A stretch of DNA of 64,000 nucleotides, from positions 626 through 64,625 of the forward strand of contig CANCGX010000001.1 of NCBI GenBank assembly GCA_947377725.1, written 5' to 3'. Below the pieces are notes generated by a model. It made no database searches. It saw only the letters and a list, made by a program, of their open reading frames with translations, and had not been told where the DNA came from. The translations under genes and the position numbers were made by a program. Origin of the DNA: Actinomycetota bacterium (GTDB lineage Bacteria; Actinomycetota; Actinomycetes; Nanopelagicales; Nanopelagicaceae). Below are positions 33,597 to 44,743 of the stretch, in pieces. Position 1 is the stretch's first letter; every line of letters starts with the position of its first letter.

Positions 33597-34679
33597 TTAA
33601 TTGATTCTCAAACCAGTATTCACATCGAAAAGGTGAATTGCATCTGGGTTTGCTGTAACAGTGATGCTCTGTCCTGGCTTTGGTGGGTTCTTTGGATCCC
33701 AACGGACAATTATTTGTGCGCCTTCGTCTGTTGAATTAGCAAATTTCACATCCGCTTCTCCAGGATTTCCATAAACGAATGCATCTGCACCAAGCTCTTC
33801 AACAACTTCGACGTTGACATGGAATCCTGCAGAAGAAGGTGTGAACCCTTCTGGGCGAATTCCTACAATGACAGAAGAACCGGCAGAAGCTGGAACATCA
33901 AATGTGTAATCTCCAAGCTTGCCTTTGCCGCCAACAACGGGAGCAATCAAGAGATTCATGGCTGGAGAGCCAATAAATCCTGCTACGAATGCGTTTGCTG
34001 GGCTATCGTAAAGATTGCGAGGTGTATCTACTTGCTGAAGAAGCCCATCCTTCATTACAGCTACACGGTCACCCATTGTCATGGCTTCGACTTGATCGTG
34101 TGTGACATAGACAGTTGTGATTCCAAGACGACGTTGTAGCGCTGCAATTTGGGTACGAGTTGCAACACGAAGTTTGGCATCAAGGTTTGAAAGTGGTTCG
34201 TCCATCAAGAAAACTTGAGGTTCGCGCACGATAGCGCGGCCCATTGCAACGCGCTGGCGCTGTCCGCCAGATAGTGCCTTTGGTTTGCGATCAAGATACG
34301 GTTCCAAATCAAGAAGCTTTGCAGCTTCAAGAACGCGACGATCGCGCTCGACCTTATCGATACCCGCAATCTTCAGAGCAAAGCCCATATTTTCAGCTAC
34401 TGACATGTGCGGATAAAGAGCGTATGACTGGAAGACCATCGCAATATCGCGGTCTTTTGGTGCAACGTTTGTAACATCTCGATCGCCAATGCGAATTGAG
34501 CCTGAGTCAATTTCCTCAAGTCCCGCAAGCATGCGAAGGGATGTTGATTTTCCACAACCAGATGGGCCGACAAGAACAAGAAATTCACCATCTGCAATGG
34601 TGAGATTAAGTTTGTCGACGGCAGGCTTGGTTGTGCCTGGGTAGATACGTGATGCTGAGTCGAAAACGACTGATGCCAT
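33597..34679 (-). CDS. msiK: stand-alone sugar-ABC-importer ATPase (MsiK/UgpC/MalK type)
   Basis: GPSGCGKST, LSGGQRQRVA, FLMDEPLSNLD, plus a C-terminal MalK-like regulatory domain. No permease or binding-protein gene is adjacent. Confidence 0.85.
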   Translation of the reverse strand: MASVVFDSASRIYPGTTKPAVDKLNLTIADGEFLVLVGPSGCGKSTSLRMLAGLEEIDSGSIRIGDRDVTNVAPKDRDIAMVFQSYALYPHMSVAENMGFALKIAGIDKVERDRRVLEAAKLLDLEPYLDRKPKALSGGQRQRVAMGRAIVREPQVFLMDEPLSNLDAKLRVATRTQIAALQRRLGITTVYVTHDQVEAMTMGDRVAVMKDGLLQQVDTPRNLYDSPANAFVAGFIGSPAMNLLIAPVVGGKGKLGDYTFDVPASAGSSVIVGIRPEGFTPSSAGFHVNVEVVEELGADAFVYGNPGEADVKFANSTDEGAQIIVRWDPKNPPKPGQSITVTANPDAIHLFDVNTGLRIN

Positions 34680-34799
34680 GTTAAGGCTCCTTCTCCGGGC
34701 AGGTACGTGCCCGACGATCCGTGGGAGTGGAACTTTCGCTAGCTTTAACTAGCGCTCTTGTCAGCGCTGACTTGAGGGTGCTCACGATACCCTAGGGTC
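34680..34799 (-). promoter_or_regulatory. structured 5' leader of the msiK-type gene (candidate msiK RNA motif)
   Basis: The minus strand carries a CGGGCA-CGUACC-UGCCCG hairpin (34696-34713) abutting the SD GGAGAAGGAG, a CGCUAG/CUAGCG hairpin, and the 12-nt palindrome GTCAGCGCTGAC (34760-34771). Confidence 0.3.
34788..34793 (+). promoter_or_regulatory. -10-like TACCCT 6 nt upstream of the corC-family ATG (leaderless promoter candidate)
   Basis: TANNNT followed by agggtc and then ATG 34800. No SD. Confidence 0.45.
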
Positions 34800-36152
34800 A
34801 TGGCTGATATGCAAAGGCAAATATTGGAGAAAGCGGCTTTCGGCACAGTCGGCCAGCTCATCTTTGACATCTGTCTGGTCCTATTTTTCATCGGGTTAGC
34901 CGCCCTCTTTGTGGCCGCAGAAATCGCCCTTTTGTCGCTTCGGGATTCCCAGGTCCGCCAACTTCAAAGTAAAGGTAAGCGAGGCGCCAGGGTTGGGGCG
35001 CTGACCCAGAATCCAAATCGTTTTTTAGCTGCTGCTCAAATCGGGGTTACATTTTGCGGCTTTCTCTCGGCAGCGCTGGGATCTGAAAGATTAGGCACGT
35101 CCTTTGTAATTCCGGCATTTGAAAAGTGGGGCCTTTCGCACGGAGTCGCAACGACTCTCTCGCTTGTCTCCGTCACCATTGTGATTGCTTATGTATCTCT
35201 CGTTTTTGGTGAATTGGTTCCAAAACGGTTGGCAATCTACAGAACAGAGTCTATTGCGCTCGCTTCTGCAGGAATCATTGATCAACTTGCCAAACTTTTT
35301 CGTCCAACAATTTGGTTGCTCTCAAAATCAACTGACGCGGTTGTAAAAATATTTGGTCTCAAAGCCGAAGAATCTCGAAGCGAAATGTCTGAAGCCGAAC
35401 TTGTAGATCTTGTTACTGGCCATACGGCGCTTACTGATGAAGAGCGTGACATTGTTGAAGAAGTTTTCAATTCGGGGGATATGGCTCTGCACGAAATTAT
35501 GGTTCCTCGAACGGAAGTAAAATTTCTTGATGTTGGCACCACCATTGATGATGCAATGAAGATTGCCGTTGAAAGCGCACACTCCCGCTACCCGGTCACT
35601 CGCGGAAGCAGCGATGAAGTTATTGGTTTTCTGCACGTAAGAGATTTGCTCAATATTCATGTAAGTCGACCTACTGCAACACTTTTAGACATCATCAGGC
35701 CAGTGACATTTCTTCCTGGAACAAAAGGAGTCTTGCCGGCGCTCAGCGAATTGCGAGCCAAGCGTCAACATCTTGCAATCGTTCTCGATGAATATGGCGG
35801 AACGGATGGAATCGTCACTCTAGAAGATCTAGTTGAATGCTTCATCGGAGATATCCATGATGAATACGATGAGGTAGAGGAGGAGGTCACTCCTCAAAGC
35901 CGCACCGGGGATTTTGAAGTTGATGCCCTTATCTCACTTGAAGATCTTTATGATGAAACTGGAATTTCCTTACCAGAAGGTCCGTATGAGACTGCTGGCG
36001 GATACGTTATGCATGCGTTAGGCCGCATTCCGGAAATACATGACGCTTTGCAGTACGAAAACCTTAGAATTACTGTCTTGTCTATAGAAGGAAAGAGAGC
36101 TGGGCAATTACTCATCTCTCATAATGAATGGAAAGATGCGCCACATGAGTAA
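34800..36152 (+). CDS. CNNM/DUF21-CBS-CorC_HlyC family membrane protein (hemolysin/Mg-Co efflux family)
   Basis: N-terminal four-TM DUF21 region, a CBS pair (...EIMVPRTEV...) and the C-terminal CorC domain. 450 aa. Confidence 0.85.
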   Translation: MADMQRQILEKAAFGTVGQLIFDICLVLFFIGLAALFVAAEIALLSLRDSQVRQLQSKGKRGARVGALTQNPNRFLAAAQIGVTFCGFLSAALGSERLGTSFVIPAFEKWGLSHGVATTLSLVSVTIVIAYVSLVFGELVPKRLAIYRTESIALASAGIIDQLAKLFRPTIWLLSKSTDAVVKIFGLKAEESRSEMSEAELVDLVTGHTALTDEERDIVEEVFNSGDMALHEIMVPRTEVKFLDVGTTIDDAMKIAVESAHSRYPVTRGSSDEVIGFLHVRDLLNIHVSRPTATLLDIIRPVTFLPGTKGVLPALSELRAKRQHLAIVLDEYGGTDGIVTLEDLVECFIGDIHDEYDEVEEEVTPQSRTGDFEVDALISLEDLYDETGISLPEGPYETAGGYVMHALGRIPEIHDALQYENLRITVLSIEGKRAGQLLISHNEWKDAPHE

Positions 36153-37149
36153 AGAACGTATCCTCTCGGGAATTCAGCCAACAGGTGGCTCCTTTCACCT
36201 CGGTAATTATCTCGGCGCTTTAAAACAATGGGTAGAGCTTCAAGAGAGCCATGACGCGTTTTATTGCGTAGTAGATCTGCACGCAATCACTGTTCAAGTT
36301 GACCCCAAGATTCTCCGCGAACGTTCGTTGACCTCCACGGCTCAATTACTCGCCCTTGGATTGGATCCAGCTAAGTGTGCTCTGTTCATGCAGTCCCATG
36401 TCCCTGCACATAATCAACTTGGTTGGGTCATGGAATGTCTCACTGGATTTGGTGAAGCAGGTCGCATGACGCAATTTAAGGATAAGAGTCAAAAAAGTGG
36501 AGCAGATCGAACTGTGGTCGGATTATTCACGTACCCAATTTTGCAAGCTGCAGATATTTTGCTCTATCAAGCTAAATATGTTCCAGTTGGCGAAGACCAA
36601 CGACAGCATATTGAGCTCACTCGTGACTTAGGCCAAAGATTCAATAGCACCTATAAAGAAATTTTTACTATTCCTGAGGCATATATAACTAAAGCTGCTG
36701 CCAAAATTAACGATTTACAAGATCCAAATGCAAAGATGAGTAAAACAAATTCATCTCCAGCTGGAGTTGTCGATATTCTTGATGCACCTGAGGTTAACGC
36801 GAAGAAAATCAAGAGTGCTGTGACAGACACTGGTAGAGAAATCAAATTTGATCAAAGTGAAAAACCTGGCGTTTCAAATTTGCTCACGATTCATAGCGCA
36901 CTTTCAGGATCTAGCATCGCTGATCTCGAAAACCAGTTTGCTGGCAAAGGCTATGGAGACTTGAAAGGTGCGGTTGCGGAAGTTGTAGTTGAATACTTCA
37001 GGCCAGTGCGGGAGAGAACTCAAGAACTTCTCAAAGACCCAGAGCAATTGACACGCATTTTGAAAATAGGCGCAGAAAAAGCAAACGCTGTTGCCGAAGA
37101 TACTTTAAAGAAAACTTACGATGCGATGGGCCTGATTCCCCGTGGTTAA
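36145..37149 (+). CDS. trpS: tryptophan--tRNA ligase
   Basis: ATG 36145 overlaps the upstream stop. [17 protein letters not shown] (HIGH-type) and KMSKT motifs. Confidence 0.93.
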   Translation: MSKERILSGIQPTGGSFHLGNYLGALKQWVELQESHDAFYCVVDLHAITVQVDPKILRERSLTSTAQLLALGLDPAKCALFMQSHVPAHNQLGWVMECLTGFGEAGRMTQFKDKSQKSGADRTVVGLFTYPILQAADILLYQAKYVPVGEDQRQHIELTRDLGQRFNSTYKEIFTIPEAYITKAAAKINDLQDPNAKMSKTNSSPAGVVDILDAPEVNAKKIKSAVTDTGREIKFDQSEKPGVSNLLTIHSALSGSSIADLENQFAGKGYGDLKGAVAEVVVEYFRPVRERTQELLKDPEQLTRILKIGAEKANAVAEDTLKKTYDAMGLIPRG

Positions 37150-38143
37150 AAGCCGCGTCACCTTGGTGATCGTGGTGATTGCCGCCCTTTTGGCCCCTGT
37201 ATCTATAAGCGCTCATGCGAGCACTTCAAAAATCGCAGTTATTTACGATATGGGCGGACGTAAGGATGGCGGAATAAATGATGCTGCAGGTATTGGCATC
37301 GATAAAGCAAAAAAGAAATATGGGCTTGGACCCCTCGCTCTACGTGAAGTTTTAACTGACGGAACTGACTTAGATAGATTGTTGAAAATCCGCACGCTTG
37401 CGACTGCGAATTACAATCCAATCTTGCTCATCGGATACGGCTTTCAATCCTCTCTTGCAGTCGCAATCGACGAATTTCCCAAAACTGAGTTCGCAATCAT
37501 CGATAATTCAAATGTAGGTCAGTTGAATGTTGAGTGCATGGTTTTTAATGAAGCCCAATCCAGTTATCTAGCTGGTGTGTTGGCGGCGTCTGCATCCAAG
37601 ACCGGCAAAATTGCAATACTGCTTGACGTTGATCGAACCAATTTGCGAGACCTGACGAAAGCCTTTCTGCAAGGTGCTAAGAGCGTTAAACCTAAAATAG
37701 TTCTCCTTCCCCAAAATTGGGGAATGAATCCAGCAACAGATGCGCTGGCGATGGCCAAGCGCGGTGCTGATGTTTTTTACTCAACGTGGAATCAGAGCTC
37801 GGATGTAATTGATGCCGTGGCTGCTATTTCAACCGCAAAGAAGCCACTTAGATACATAGGTGTTTTGCCTGAGCAATTTTTTATTAAAACCGCAAAGGCA
37901 AAATCGGTTCTATTGGGTGCTATTCGAAAGAGAGTCGATATTGCGGCATTCGATGTGATTTCAAACGGCGTCAAGAATCAATCTTTTTCAGATGTCCTTG
38001 ATGGAGCGAATGGAATTTATGGAAAAGAATATACATTTAAGGATGGTGGAATTGACTTGCTCATTCCGGCTTTAGGAAGTCCTTACATTCCCGTAGTTCT
38101 AAAAGCAGAGGCAGCAATTAAGTCAGGAAAAGTTAAACCTTAA
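37142..38143 (+). CDS. BMP/PnrA-family substrate-binding protein, orphan (no adjacent permease/ATPase)
   Basis: Signal/anchor [18 protein letters not shown], then [20 protein letters not shown]..., typical of the BMP (basic membrane protein) nucleoside-binding family. No lipobox Cys. Confidence 0.75.
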   Translation: MVKSRVTLVIVVIAALLAPVSISAHASTSKIAVIYDMGGRKDGGINDAAGIGIDKAKKKYGLGPLALREVLTDGTDLDRLLKIRTLATANYNPILLIGYGFQSSLAVAIDEFPKTEFAIIDNSNVGQLNVECMVFNEAQSSYLAGVLAASASKTGKIAILLDVDRTNLRDLTKAFLQGAKSVKPKIVLLPQNWGMNPATDALAMAKRGADVFYSTWNQSSDVIDAVAAISTAKKPLRYIGVLPEQFFIKTAKAKSVLLGAIRKRVDIAAFDVISNGVKNQSFSDVLDGANGIYGKEYTFKDGGIDLLIPALGSPYIPVVLKAEAAIKSGKVKP

Positions 38144-39773
38144 GTAGGTCCATCATTTCAGATTTAATCTGAGCAACTTTTTCATTCACAGCAGCAATAT
38201 CTAACGTGCTACCACCAGCAGTCGAAACTTCTATGTAACACTTCAATTTCGCTTCAGTTCCACTTGGTCTCACAATGATTCGGATTGACTCTCCAAACCA
38301 CATCGTCACTCCATTCGTAGGAGGCAAATCTCCTTGTGGCGCGGTAAGGTCTATAAATTGCGTTAAAGCTGCCCCGGCTATTGACTCTGGATGATGTAAA
38401 CGTAACTTGGTGAGGACTTCATCAACGAGGGAAATATCGCTCACGCGGATCGAAATCTGTTCTGTCCCGTGATATCCGTAAGTTTCCCAAATGGAAGCAA
38501 GATATCCAGCAAGAGAATGTCCATCTCTCTTTAATTCAGCTGCGCATTGTGCAAGTAAGAGAGCAGCCGAAATTCCATCCTTGTCGTTGACGGATGTGGC
38601 ATCCACCGCGTACCCAAGTGCTTCCTCATAACCAAATCGTAGGTTTGGGATTTTCGCCAACCATTTGAATCCTGTAAGAGTTTCATGAAATTCAATTCCA
38701 TGAAAGCGCGCAATTTTTCCAAGTATGGATGAAGAAACGATCGAGTTAGCAAATGATTTTCCAAAGCAGCTTTCCTTCATGGTCGTTGCTATGTAATGGC
38801 CCAAAATCGCCCCAACTTCATCGCCTCGAAGCATTCGCCATCCGACCCCAGGAACGTGAATGGCCCCGGCGCATCTATCTGCATCTGGGTCGTTTGCAAT
38901 CACAAGATCGGCGCTAATTTCCTCGGCTAAAGCAAGTGAAAGGTCGATTGCCCCTGGCTCTTCCGGGTTTGGGAATTTTACAGTTGGAAAATCTGGATCT
39001 GGTTGTGCTTGAGCTTCAACAAGAATTGGCTTGTTAAATCCAGCAGCGTCAAAAGTTGCGAGGAGAGTTTCTGTTCCAACACCATGCATGGCGCTGTAAA
39101 CGACTTGTACATCCCCGTGAATTCGAGCTAGCGAAGATGTTGCTTGGACATATTGATCAAATACATCATCGTTCAAGATTTCCCAATGTGCACCTTTGGG
39201 TTGAGGTGATCCAATTTTCGCAATTTCTGCAGCAATCTCTTCATCTGCTGGCGGAACAATTTGAGAACCGGCGTAACGCACACCGTCCACGCTTCCCCCG
39301 AGATAGACCTTGTAACCATTATCTTGGGGAGGATTGTGGCTAGCTGTAACCATTATTCCAACATCAGCTTTGAGTGCATTTACAGCGAAGGCAAGGACTG
39401 GCGTTGGGAATGGCCGAGGGAGAACCCAAACTTTCATACCTGCACCAGTAAATATTTGCGCTGATTCTTCTGTGAAATCTTCCGAGCCATATCTTGCATC
39501 TCGACCAATCACTACGCTGGTTAGACCTCGCTTCTTCATGTATGCCGCAATACCGGCTGACGCGCGTTGGACTACAGCTCGATTCATACATGAGGGACCA
39601 GGTCCGATTGGGCCACGTAAACCGGCAGTTCCAAATTGCAAAAATCCAGAGAATGATCTTTTTAGTTCAATCTCATTTCCTTGTTCAAGCCATTCGCGAA
39701 GTTGTGAAGCGGTGCGCGGATCTGGGTCGAGTGCAATCCACTCCTCAACTTCTGCAATCAAATCAGGGCTCAT
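38133..39773 (-). CDS. phospho-sugar mutase (PmmB / phosphopentomutase-like alpha-D-phosphohexomutase family)
   Basis: TASHNPPQDNGYKVY phosphoserine loop, ANDPDADR metal loop. 546 aa, lying next to the PNP gene as with Rv3308/Rv3307. Confidence 0.85.
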   Translation of the reverse strand: MSPDLIAEVEEWIALDPDPRTASQLREWLEQGNEIELKRSFSGFLQFGTAGLRGPIGPGPSCMNRAVVQRASAGIAAYMKKRGLTSVVIGRDARYGSEDFTEESAQIFTGAGMKVWVLPRPFPTPVLAFAVNALKADVGIMVTASHNPPQDNGYKVYLGGSVDGVRYAGSQIVPPADEEIAAEIAKIGSPQPKGAHWEILNDDVFDQYVQATSSLARIHGDVQVVYSAMHGVGTETLLATFDAAGFNKPILVEAQAQPDPDFPTVKFPNPEEPGAIDLSLALAEEISADLVIANDPDADRCAGAIHVPGVGWRMLRGDEVGAILGHYIATTMKESCFGKSFANSIVSSSILGKIARFHGIEFHETLTGFKWLAKIPNLRFGYEEALGYAVDATSVNDKDGISAALLLAQCAAELKRDGHSLAGYLASIWETYGYHGTEQISIRVSDISLVDEVLTKLRLHHPESIAGAALTQFIDLTAPQGDLPPTNGVTMWFGESIRIIVRPSGTEAKLKCYIEVSTAGGSTLDIAAVNEKVAQIKSEMMDLLKV

Positions 39774-40588
39774 AGCTGAGGTAAAACTTTCGCCAACAGT
39801 GCGCCAATTCTCCCAGCGGAAGCTTTTCCAGCTGCCATAACTTCCTCATGACTTAACTTCTCGCCCGTAATTCCAGCCGCTGCATTTGTCACTAGAGATA
39901 TGCCCAAAATTTCGGCACCAAGTGCGTGAGCAGCTACAGCTTCGGGGACTGTAGACATTCCGACTAGATCTGCACCCATTGTGCGAATCATATGAATTTC
40001 AGCAGGTGTCTCGTATGAAGGTCCTCGCCAATGTGCGTACACGCCTTCAACCAAAGTTGGATCTTCTGCTTTCACGAGTGCTCGTATGCGCTTGCTATAA
40101 CAATCGGTAAGGTCAACGAAATTTGCACCAATAAGTGGACTGACTCCAGTTAGAGATAAATGATCACGAATTAATACAGGTTGCCCAACTTGGTAATCCC
40201 TATTGATTCCTCCGCATGCATTTGTAAGAACAACGACATCGCAACCAGCCTTTACAGCTGTACGAACCCCGTGAACAACCGGTTCAATCCCTTTTCCTTC
40301 GTAAAGATGCGTTCGGCCGAGAAATACAAGAGCGCTGACGATTCCATGAGGACCTTGCAAATCGTAGGAGCGAATTTTTCCTCCGTGACCAACAACCGTA
40401 GGAGGTAAGAAACCCGGGAGATCAGTGGCTTCAAACTCATGAGTTGGTACTCCCAAGCTATCTGCAGCATCAATCCATCCTGATCCCATGACGAGTGCGA
40501 CATGGTGCTTGCTTTTACCAGTCAACGTTTGAAGTTTCTTAGCTGCTGCTTCCGCAGTACCAATTGGGTCAGAATATAGATCGCTCAT
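39770..40588 (-). CDS. punA: purine nucleoside phosphorylase
   Basis: 272 aa, ...VALVMGSGW..., ...GRTHLYEG..., ...GPSYETPAE..., ...VGMSTVPE.... Confidence 0.9.
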   Translation of the reverse strand: MSDLYSDPIGTAEAAAKKLQTLTGKSKHHVALVMGSGWIDAADSLGVPTHEFEATDLPGFLPPTVVGHGGKIRSYDLQGPHGIVSALVFLGRTHLYEGKGIEPVVHGVRTAVKAGCDVVVLTNACGGINRDYQVGQPVLIRDHLSLTGVSPLIGANFVDLTDCYSKRIRALVKAEDPTLVEGVYAHWRGPSYETPAEIHMIRTMGADLVGMSTVPEAVAAHALGAEILGISLVTNAAAGITGEKLSHEEVMAAGKASAGRIGALLAKVLPQL

Positions 40589-40616
40589 GCGAGCAATTTA
40601 CTGCAGAATCAAAGAA

Positions 40617-42350
40617 TTAAGGAGTCTCTTCAATCACGCATAAATTTTGCCCGCTTGCGACAGTTTGCCCAACTCCAACGCTCAACTTTGCAATGATGCC
40701 GTCTTTGTGAGCGATTAACGGTTGTTCCATTTTCATGGCCTCTAGTACAACGATGAGGTCACCTTGGACTACTCGATCACCGTTGGCTTTGAGAATCTTT
40801 ACAACTGTTCCTTGCATCGGGCTATCGACACTGTTCCCAGAGGATTTTCCGAGCACATTACTTTTAACTTTACGGCGCTTTTGGCTTTGTTCTTGAGTGT
40901 GGAGCACGACTTCAAAACGATGTCCGTCGATTTCAACGACGACTTTTTGTTCTGCTGCTTTTGATTCAGCAACTCCTTGTTTATAGCTAAATGCAGGAAT
41001 TGTATTTTTAAATTCCTTCTCGATATAGCTGGTGTAAACCTTGAAATCTTCTGTGAAATTTGGATCTTCAACGATTGCTCGGTGGAAAGGAAGAGCTGTT
41101 GCAAGTCCGCCAATTTCAAACTCTTTCAGCGCTCTTCTTGCACGTTCGATAGCTTCTTCTCTGGTTGCTGCTGTAATAATTAGTTTGGCTAGCAATGAAT
41201 CAAAGTGAGACCCGACCGTATGACCGTGATCAAAACCTGCATCTATACGAACGCCAGGACCATCTGGAACTTCCCATGTTGTGATTGTTCCAAGAGATGG
41301 AAGGAATCCATTGCCTGGATCCTCGCCATTAATTCGAAATTCGATGCTATGCCCTCTTACAACAGGGTCAATTGGGCTGATTGCTTCTCCTGAGGCAATT
41401 CGAAATTGCATACGAACTAAATCTATTCCGGTAACTTCTTCGCTGACTGGGTGTTCAACCTGCAAGCGTGTATTTACTTCGAGGAATGAGATAGTCCCGT
41501 CTGAGCCAATCAAAAACTCACACGTTCCGGCACCAACGTACCCCGCAGCTTTCATAATGGCTTTTGAAGAGGTGTACAGCTGCTTTTCCTGTGCTTCCGT
41601 TAAGAAGGGCGCAGGAGCTTCTTCTACAAGTTTTTGGTGACGCCTTTGAAGCGAACAATCGCGTGTGCTAACTACGACTGCATTGCCATGAGCATCCACA
41701 AGAACTTGTGTCTCTACATGTCGAGGCTTATCCAAGTAGCGTTCAACAAAACATTCACCGCGACCAAAGCCTGTAATTGCCTCACGAACCGCTGATGCAA
41801 ATAGTTCGGGGATGTCCTCCATTTTGTAAGCGACTTTAAGTCCGCGTCCGCCACCACCGTGGGCAGCCTTAATTGCAACAGGAAGGCCATGTTCTTCTGC
41901 GAAAGCAATAATTTCCTCAGCTGTATCTACGGGATCGATTGTTCCCGCAACTAACGGAGCGCCCACTTCTGCAGCAATTTTTCGTGCAGAGACTTTATCT
42001 CCGAGAGCGCGAATGGCTTGAGGAGGAGGTCCGATCCAGACTAATCCCGCTGCAATAACGCGATCGGCGAAGTCTGCGTTCTCCGAGAGAAATCCATATC
42101 CGGGGTGCACTGCATCAGCGCCAGATTCCTTCGCAATAGCGAGAATTTTTTCCTGATCTAAGTATGTTTCAGCAGCAGATAATCCATTGAGCGCATATGC
42201 ATCGGTTGCCAGAGCAACGTGCAGAGAATTGCGATCTTCATCCGAATAGATTGCAATCGATTTAATTCCGTGGTCCCTACAAGCACGAGCAACGCGTACT
42301 GCAATTTCACCGCGGTTAGCGATGAGAACTGCTGTGATTTTCTTTGTCAT
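40617..42350 (-). CDS. accA: acyl-CoA carboxylase alpha subunit (biotin carboxylase + BCCP)
   Basis: ATG 42350 ([19 protein letters not shown]) overlaps the maf stop. ATP-grasp core, and the C-terminal biotinyl motif EAMKME. Confidence 0.92.
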   Translation of the reverse strand: MTKKITAVLIANRGEIAVRVARACRDHGIKSIAIYSDEDRNSLHVALATDAYALNGLSAAETYLDQEKILAIAKESGADAVHPGYGFLSENADFADRVIAAGLVWIGPPPQAIRALGDKVSARKIAAEVGAPLVAGTIDPVDTAEEIIAFAEEHGLPVAIKAAHGGGGRGLKVAYKMEDIPELFASAVREAITGFGRGECFVERYLDKPRHVETQVLVDAHGNAVVVSTRDCSLQRRHQKLVEEAPAPFLTEAQEKQLYTSSKAIMKAAGYVGAGTCEFLIGSDGTISFLEVNTRLQVEHPVSEEVTGIDLVRMQFRIASGEAISPIDPVVRGHSIEFRINGEDPGNGFLPSLGTITTWEVPDGPGVRIDAGFDHGHTVGSHFDSLLAKLIITAATREEAIERARRALKEFEIGGLATALPFHRAIVEDPNFTEDFKVYTSYIEKEFKNTIPAFSYKQGVAESKAAEQKVVVEIDGHRFEVVLHTQEQSQKRRKVKSNVLGKSSGNSVDSPMQGTVVKILKANGDRVVQGDLIVVLEAMKMEQPLIAHKDGIIAKLSVGVGQTVASGQNLCVIEETP

Positions 42351-42967
42351 GCACACACCTGTTCTCTTGTGAGATCTGACCACTTTAAACCTAAATTGAT
42401 AACTATTTTGCGAAGCGTAGGAAGAGATAATCCGATGATTCCGCTTGGATCGCCTTCGATGTGAGTAATGAATGGCGCGCTCAGACCGTCCAAAGTAAAG
42501 CCGCCTGCAACATTGAGGGGTTCTCCAGAATCAACGTAATTCTCTATTTCTTCCTCACTCATCTTCGCAAAATGTACGCGAGCGGTTGAAATATCAGAGA
42601 CTTCGATATTTTGAGTCGTATCAATGACTGAGTGACCTGTATGCAAAAGTCCAGATTTACCACTTAGTCGACGTGCACGCTCAATCGCATTTTCACGTGT
42701 CCCGGGCTTTCCTAGTGACTCGCCTTCGAACTCGAAAGTGGAATCGCATCCAATAATTAGAGCGTTGCTGCCGCAATCAAAATTCATTTTAACTGTGTGT
42801 GCCTTCAGAATCGCGAGAGCAATCACCATTTCGGATGGAGATAACTTCGTGATCTCTGGGTTCTCTTCGTCGACTCCACTAACAAGTACATCAAAACTTA
42901 AATTTACTGACTCAAGAAGTCGTTTTCTGGAAGGGGAGGCAGAAGCCAAAATGATGCGACGTGTCAT
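42347..42967 (-). CDS. maf: Maf-family nucleoside triphosphate pyrophosphatase
   Basis: ATG 42967 gives [18 protein letters not shown], the canonical Maf start. It overlaps the upstream small ORF's stop (ATGA). Confidence 0.88.
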   Translation of the reverse strand: MTRRIILASASPSRKRLLESVNLSFDVLVSGVDEENPEITKLSPSEMVIALAILKAHTVKMNFDCGSNALIIGCDSTFEFEGESLGKPGTRENAIERARRLSGKSGLLHTGHSVIDTTQNIEVSDISTARVHFAKMSEEEIENYVDSGEPLNVAGGFTLDGLSAPFITHIEGDPSGIIGLSLPTLRKIVINLGLKWSDLTREQVCA

Positions 42968-43167
42968 GAAGCTGTTGTGCCCCATTCGTTCGGAAGTGAT
43001 TGCTGAATTTTCAATCGACTCCATGATCCTCGAAAAGCTCGATTTGGATTCTGATTGCGCTCAATCTCTTCTAGCGCGATTTGAAGTGCGCTCATTTCTG
43101 GACCGGTTGCCGTCCCTGAGAGAACGGTAAATTTGCGGAATTTTCTCCGGCGTCTAATGATGGCCAT
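42964..43167 (-). CDS. accE: acyl-CoA carboxylase epsilon subunit-like small protein
   Basis: 67 aa between the carboxyltransferase gene and maf, as accE5 is in mycobacteria. The segment VLSGTATGPEMSALQIAL resembles the conserved ...RG.PT..ELAAL.AVL core. Confidence 0.6.
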   Translation of the reverse strand: MAIIRRRRKFRKFTVLSGTATGPEMSALQIALEEIERNQNPNRAFRGSWSRLKIQQSLPNEWGTTAS

Positions 43168-43174
43168 AGGAGTC

Positions 43175-44737
43175 CTAAAGCGGAATGTTTCCGTGTTTGC
43201 GAGTTGGAAGGTCTACCCGCTTATTGCGTAGAGCTCGAAGCGCTTTTGTTATTTCCTGACGAGTCTGGTGAGGCTCGATAACGGAGTCAATAAAGCCTCT
43301 ATCGGCTGCGATGTAAGGATTAAGAAGTTCTTCTTCGTATTTATCGAGGAGGTCTTTAGATTTTGCAGGTTCTTCAGCAATTTCCTTGCGATAAAGAATA
43401 TTAATAGCTCCTTGAGCACCCATCACTGCAATTTGAGATGTTGGCCATGCAAGGTTGATATCTGAACCAAGATGTTTTGATCCCATAACAATGTATGCCC
43501 CACCGTACGCTTTACGAGTAATGACTGTAACAAGCGGTACAGATGCTTCTGCATACGCATATAGCAACTTGGCTCCACGGCGAATAATTCCATTCCACTC
43601 CTGCTCAGTTCCTGGCAAGAATCCGGGAGTATCAACAATTGTGACTACTGGGATTCCGAAAGCGTCGCATGTGCGAACAAAGCGAGCAGCTTTTTCAGAT
43701 GCATCAATATCTAAAGTTCCTGCGAATTGAGATGGTTGGTTTGCAATAATTCCAACAGAATGTCCCTCAATTCGGCCAAAACCGACCAAAATATTTGGAG
43801 CAAAGAGACCGTGAACTTCTAGGAAGTCCGCCTCGTCCAAGATTGCTTCAACAACTGTTCGAATGTCATACGGCTTATTAGCGTCGTCAGGAATTAATGA
43901 ATCAAGAGCTCTGTCGGTAGGTGAGCTATCCATTGATTCTGTTGTCGGAAGAATCGGTGAATCATCCAAATTATTACTTGGGAGATAAGAAAGAATGGCT
44001 TTAACATAATCAAGAGCTTCAACTTCAGTTTCAGCCAAGTAATGAGAATTACCGGTTTTAGTGTTGTGCGCGCGAGCACCGCCAAGCTCTTCCATGGTTA
44101 CTTCTTCGCCGGTTACTGCTTTGATAACGTCTGGCCCAGTAATAAACATATGGGATTTTTCATCAACCATAATGGTGAAATCTGTAATTGCGGGAGAGTA
44201 AACAGCGCCACCTGCACACGGTCCGAGAATGACGGAAATTTGTGGGATCACGCCGGAAGATCGGACGTTGCGCTTAAATATTTCACCATATTGGCTTAGC
44301 GAAGCAACGCCCTCTTGAATGCGAGCTCCACCCGAATCGTTCAAACCGATCATCGGTATTCCGCTCTTCAGTGCAAAGTCCATTACTTTCGTAATTTTCT
44401 TTCCCATAACCTCGCCCAAGCTTCCGCCAAGAACGAGAAAATCTTGTGAGTACACCGCGACGGTGCGACCATCGATGGTTCCGTATCCCGTGACAACACC
44501 ATCACCTAAAGGATGATTTTTCTCCATTCCAAACCGATCGGCATGGTGTGTGGAGAATGCATCAAATTCGACGAATGAACCTTCATCCAACAGAAGCGTC
44601 AAGCGCTCCCGCGCGGTGAGCTTGCCCGCGGTACGGCGCTTTTCTAGAGACGCCTCAGATGCAACATTTTGGGAGGCCTCAACACGTTTGCGTAAATCGT
44701 TGAGCTTGCCTTTGGTTGTACGAATATCATCAGTCAC
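43175..44737 (-). CDS. accD: acyl/propionyl-CoA carboxylase carboxyltransferase (beta) subunit
   Basis: 520 aa, AccD5/PccB-like throughout (…[11 protein letters not shown]…, …[12 protein letters not shown]…, …[12 protein letters not shown]…). GTG start. Confidence 0.92.
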   Translation of the reverse strand: MTDDIRTTKGKLNDLRKRVEASQNVASEASLEKRRTAGKLTARERLTLLLDEGSFVEFDAFSTHHADRFGMEKNHPLGDGVVTGYGTIDGRTVAVYSQDFLVLGGSLGEVMGKKITKVMDFALKSGIPMIGLNDSGGARIQEGVASLSQYGEIFKRNVRSSGVIPQISVILGPCAGGAVYSPAITDFTIMVDEKSHMFITGPDVIKAVTGEEVTMEELGGARAHNTKTGNSHYLAETEVEALDYVKAILSYLPSNNLDDSPILPTTESMDSSPTDRALDSLIPDDANKPYDIRTVVEAILDEADFLEVHGLFAPNILVGFGRIEGHSVGIIANQPSQFAGTLDIDASEKAARFVRTCDAFGIPVVTIVDTPGFLPGTEQEWNGIIRRGAKLLYAYAEASVPLVTVITRKAYGGAYIVMGSKHLGSDINLAWPTSQIAVMGAQGAINILYRKEIAEEPAKSKDLLDKYEEELLNPYIAADRGFIDSVIEPHQTRQEITKALRALRNKRVDLPTRKHGNIPL

Positions 44738-44743
44738 GGGTCT

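Noticed and set aside
36124-36144. T-box leader for trpS (and likewise metG at 51745)
   Set aside because: Both aaRS genes overlap or abut the preceding gene's stop, so there is no leader region.
39334-39840. 168-aa plus-strand ORF opposite the phospho-sugar mutase/punA junction
   Set aside because: It lies inside two well-supported minus-strand genes. It has low-complexity shadow-frame composition and no independent signals.
42351-43024. Longer starts for accA (42383) and maf (43024)
   Set aside because: Internal ATGs at 42350 and 42967 give the canonical N-termini ([17 protein letters not shown]; [18 protein letters not shown]). They also create ATGA-type overlaps with the upstream stops, whereas the longer forms overlap the upstream genes extensively.
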